Assembly: GCF_009914755.1 (NCBI RefSeq)
Contig: NC_060941.1
Direction: 5' to 3' (one strand)
Source of the DNA: the human T2T-CHM13v2.0 reference genome, Homo sapiens
DNA length: 64,000 nucleotides
Within the stretch, counting starts at the first letter, position 1; each line of letters begins with the position of its first letter. Below, in pieces: positions 60,860-64,000 of the stretch. The notes beneath the pieces are model-generated. The model was not told the origin of the DNA, searched no databases, and saw only the letters and a program-made list of their open reading frames with translations. Position numbers and translations under genes: made by a program.

Positions 60860-61050
60860 ACGGAGAGAGTATGTGCTCTAGATTTAGACAGACCTGGTTC
60901 AAATCTTATCTCTGCCACTTACTCACAAAGGGTTCTTGGTGAAGTCAGTTAACCTCTTTGATCTGTTTACTAATAGATAAAATACCTAAATGTTTCCAAG
61001 TTTGCTTGAGCAGCAAATGAGATAATGAGTGAAAAGCACCTGGCACAGGT
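60860..61050 (+). mobile_element. MIR
   Basis: CAGACCTGGTTCAAATCTTATCTCTGCCACTTACT...AGTCAGTTAACCTCT. Confidence 0.75.
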
Positions 61051-62789
61051 GATTTTTTTAAAAAATGACAGTTAGTATTTGCCTCCTTCACCCCACTCCA
61101 TTCTGTAAAGATGACTTTATCTTCACAACCTCCATATTTGCTCCTACCCAAGCATTTTCCATAAGAGATCTGGTCTATTTTTTCAAGAGGAAAGTGATTA
61201 GCCCAAGCTCCTACAACAAACTGCTCAAGTTAAACAAAAACAGAATCAGAAAGTTATAGAGTAGAAAGAATTCTAAGAAGGAATCTGGTAGAATTAGGAA
61301 TTTTCAAACAACTCAATATCTGCCATCTGATAATCACAGGTGTCTTTCTGCATATGGACCCAACCTAATGGAATCATTGACCAATATCTGGTGTTAACAT
61401 TCCAAGCCCACAAAACAGCTTTGGCAAAAGGTCCTACTCTCTAATCCATCTCCCTTCAATGGGCTGACTTTGCCATAATCATGACAACACTCTCTTGGTT
61501 TCTAAGTAAAAAGGAATTCTTGGAAGAAATAATTAAAAAGGTATTCACCTCAAGTGACGTCCTTATGTTTTTACATTACCAAGTCTTTGATATTCCTGAT
61601 CTCATCTTTAATTCTCTCATGGCTTTAAACATCTCATTTCAAGATCGTGATATGGGAATAAGCACAGATTCTTCCTTTTTACAAATGGGAAATTGAAAGT
61701 CATAATGGTGAAAACAGTGTGTTGCCACTGATTCCTTCACAATGGCCTAGAAAATATAGAAGTCCCTTACTGGCTGGCCAGTTGAGTTCCTGGTCAAATG
61801 GCAGGCTCAAGTTTGGCCTGTGGCCATCTCACTCACAGAGCAGGTCTGGCCTCCATTAGATTGATCTAGAATAACACTAGAAATGAAGTGCTTAGAGTGG
61901 GATATTTTCAATTTGCAGTGAAAGAGAAATAAGGGCAGGCAGAGCAAGGCAGGAGTTGACAGCCCCACATGTTAAAAAAATGCTCTCAACAAAGGAGATT
62001 TGCCCAAGAATATCACATTGAAAAATCGAATTTCCTCAGGCAAAGCAAACTGTATGCCAGTAAAGGTCAGTTATTCCTCCTAGATCACAGTTATTGCAAC
62101 CAACTATTTGTTTTAAAGTGAGTTTCTTATTGTTTGTGTTTACAGATCCTAGTCTGTCTTATGTAGGGAGACTACTAAAGAAAAAGAAATAAGCAGAAAT
62201 ATCATTTTTCTATTCCATGCCTGGGAATATTAAATGGTACTTGGCTATTTAAATATGCTGTTTGGACTGAATTCAAAGTGCATTATCCCATATACCAGTT
62301 GATGTTGAAACACTTAACCAAATGCTTAATGCCTAGAAAAACTGTGTTGGACCTTAACAGCAGTGGTTTAAAAATAGGTAATGTCAGAATTTTTTCACTA
62401 GCTCTTGAGTTAACTCTTGGTCATCCAGCATGTGAATCAAGACTAAAATTGTCCCTGAGTTGTAGAGGAATCACCGAATGGTGGGGGAGAAATGCCGCTT
62501 AGGTTGTTTTTCTGAAGAGTTTAGATCTTTTAATAAAGTAACAAAAGGCTAAGGGACAACCCACAAGTTGGGATGACCGAGATAACTAAAGAGCACTCCT
62601 TGGTGGAACCCCTAAAATGACAAATAACCCTCATCTCCAGGAGTGCTATGGTTGCTGGGCTAGGAATATCCAGGGAACTGGTATATTCTAGGAATAATCC
62701 TTTCCAGTTAGAAGCCAACAAACCAATGGGCTTCTACAGGACACAAACCGAGGTTGGATGCTGTCAGACTCTTGGTAATAAGCCAGGTT

Positions 62790-62990
62790 AATAACTATAG
62801 TATCATACATTCACCATGTCAGATTCTAAAATAGCAGCTTTACATACCTCTTACCATTTAACCCTCATAACACTTCTGCAAGGTAGGAATTATTTCCTAT
62901 ATTTTACAGAGATGGAGGCTCAGAAGGGTAAATAAACTGACCTGAAGTGACATGCTTGTTAAGTGGCAAAGGTGGTTGAGATTTGAAATG
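62790..62990 (-). mobile_element. MIR
   Basis: ATTTTACAGAGATGGAGGCTCAGAAGGGTAAATAAACTGACCTGAAGTGAC. Confidence 0.7.
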
Positions 62991-64000
62991 CCTTTGTAAA
63001 GTGGTTAAGCCCAAGTACGCATCACCATATAGCCCTGACCCACAGGAGGTCAGAGACAGTGGAGTTAAAGACACTGGGAGGGGTCAAGGAGGTCAAAATC
63101 AAGAGTGAAATCCACCCAATTATCATTTGGCCTTTCATGCAACAGCAGGAAGTTAAAAGGTGGAATCTGACCATTTGCACTGATTTTTCCATGCTTCCTC
63201 ATGCTCCTTTCCCTGGATCCACATTCCCTGGTTTACAGTACATGTTTTTGCCTCCCCTGGCTGGTCCAGTGACCCTTCTAAATCCCCTCATCTGGAATGT
63301 TAATCTCCACCCTGCAAGTTCTCTTGGTCTCAGTGTATCTGGCAGTTCATATAAGACATATCCACTCCACCAACCCTAGTTGGAAACTTTAGCCTACAGA
63401 GTAGCCTCCAATTTCTCTGACTTCCTTTGACCTGCTGCCCCTTAGCTTCATCCCTCCAGCCACCGGTACAAGGTTAAGACACATGCAGGAGGTCACAGCA
63501 TTCCTAAACACTGTAAAACTGTAGGTTAGGCAAAAATTTTAATTCTAATGAGACATTCTAATGACAAGGAACTCACAAACCCCTCAGCTCTTTTTCTTTG
63601 GTTCTGAAAGAGGCCATGACTCAGCCTGGTCAAATACCCATCCAGATTCTATCTGTTAAGTGACAGCTAAAAAGAGCAAGGACCCTTTTCAGATATTCAG
63701 ACTTAAGTGGAAATTTACACTGCTGGCCTCCAGCCCATTGCTGATAAAACGTTTTCTCTCAGCCAGAAAATTCTGGCAACTCCTCCTTCTCAGGTTCTAT
63801 TTGTAGATTCAGCGGATGCACCAATACCTTTCCTCTTCGCAGGGCCAACCTGTCAGTTACCTAACTCCCTCTGGTTTTCCTTGGATTCCACACTTTGCCT
63901 AGCAAGTGCTTAATTGCTGCTTTAATGCCAGTTTAATTCTCTCTCCATTATTCCCTGAACTCCGACGGCCCCACTGCGTTTCTCCCCTTTAATGTTTAAT

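Overview
Repeat-dense primate genomic DNA. It is almost certainly human, because it carries a 5'-truncated AluYa5 with all five Ya5 diagnostic bases. I see no recognisable cellular protein-coding gene, tRNA, rRNA or CpG island, so the window looks intergenic or deep-intronic. Main landmarks: (1) old L1M fragments full of nested LTRs and DNA transposons; (2) an internally deleted HERV-L provirus (14448-17350, MLT2A1-type LTRs) whose deletion fuses the gag N-terminus in frame to the integrase core (278-aa ORF); (3) a full-length, disabled L1PA6-like element (19558-25791) whose antisense ORF0 is still open; (4) about ten solo LTRs, a dozen Alus, and MIR/L2 relics. The least expected items are a ~60-bp templated copy of upstream flank inside the 3' LTR (TA)n tract, a poly(A)-tailed mRNA 3'-end retrocopy inside a MER44 transposon, and a recursive-splice-site-like 162-nt cassette in unique DNA. 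I found no evidence for a new multi-gene system. Subfamily names come from my recall of consensus sequences and need RepeatMasker/Dfam confirmation; boundaries of old elements are approximate.
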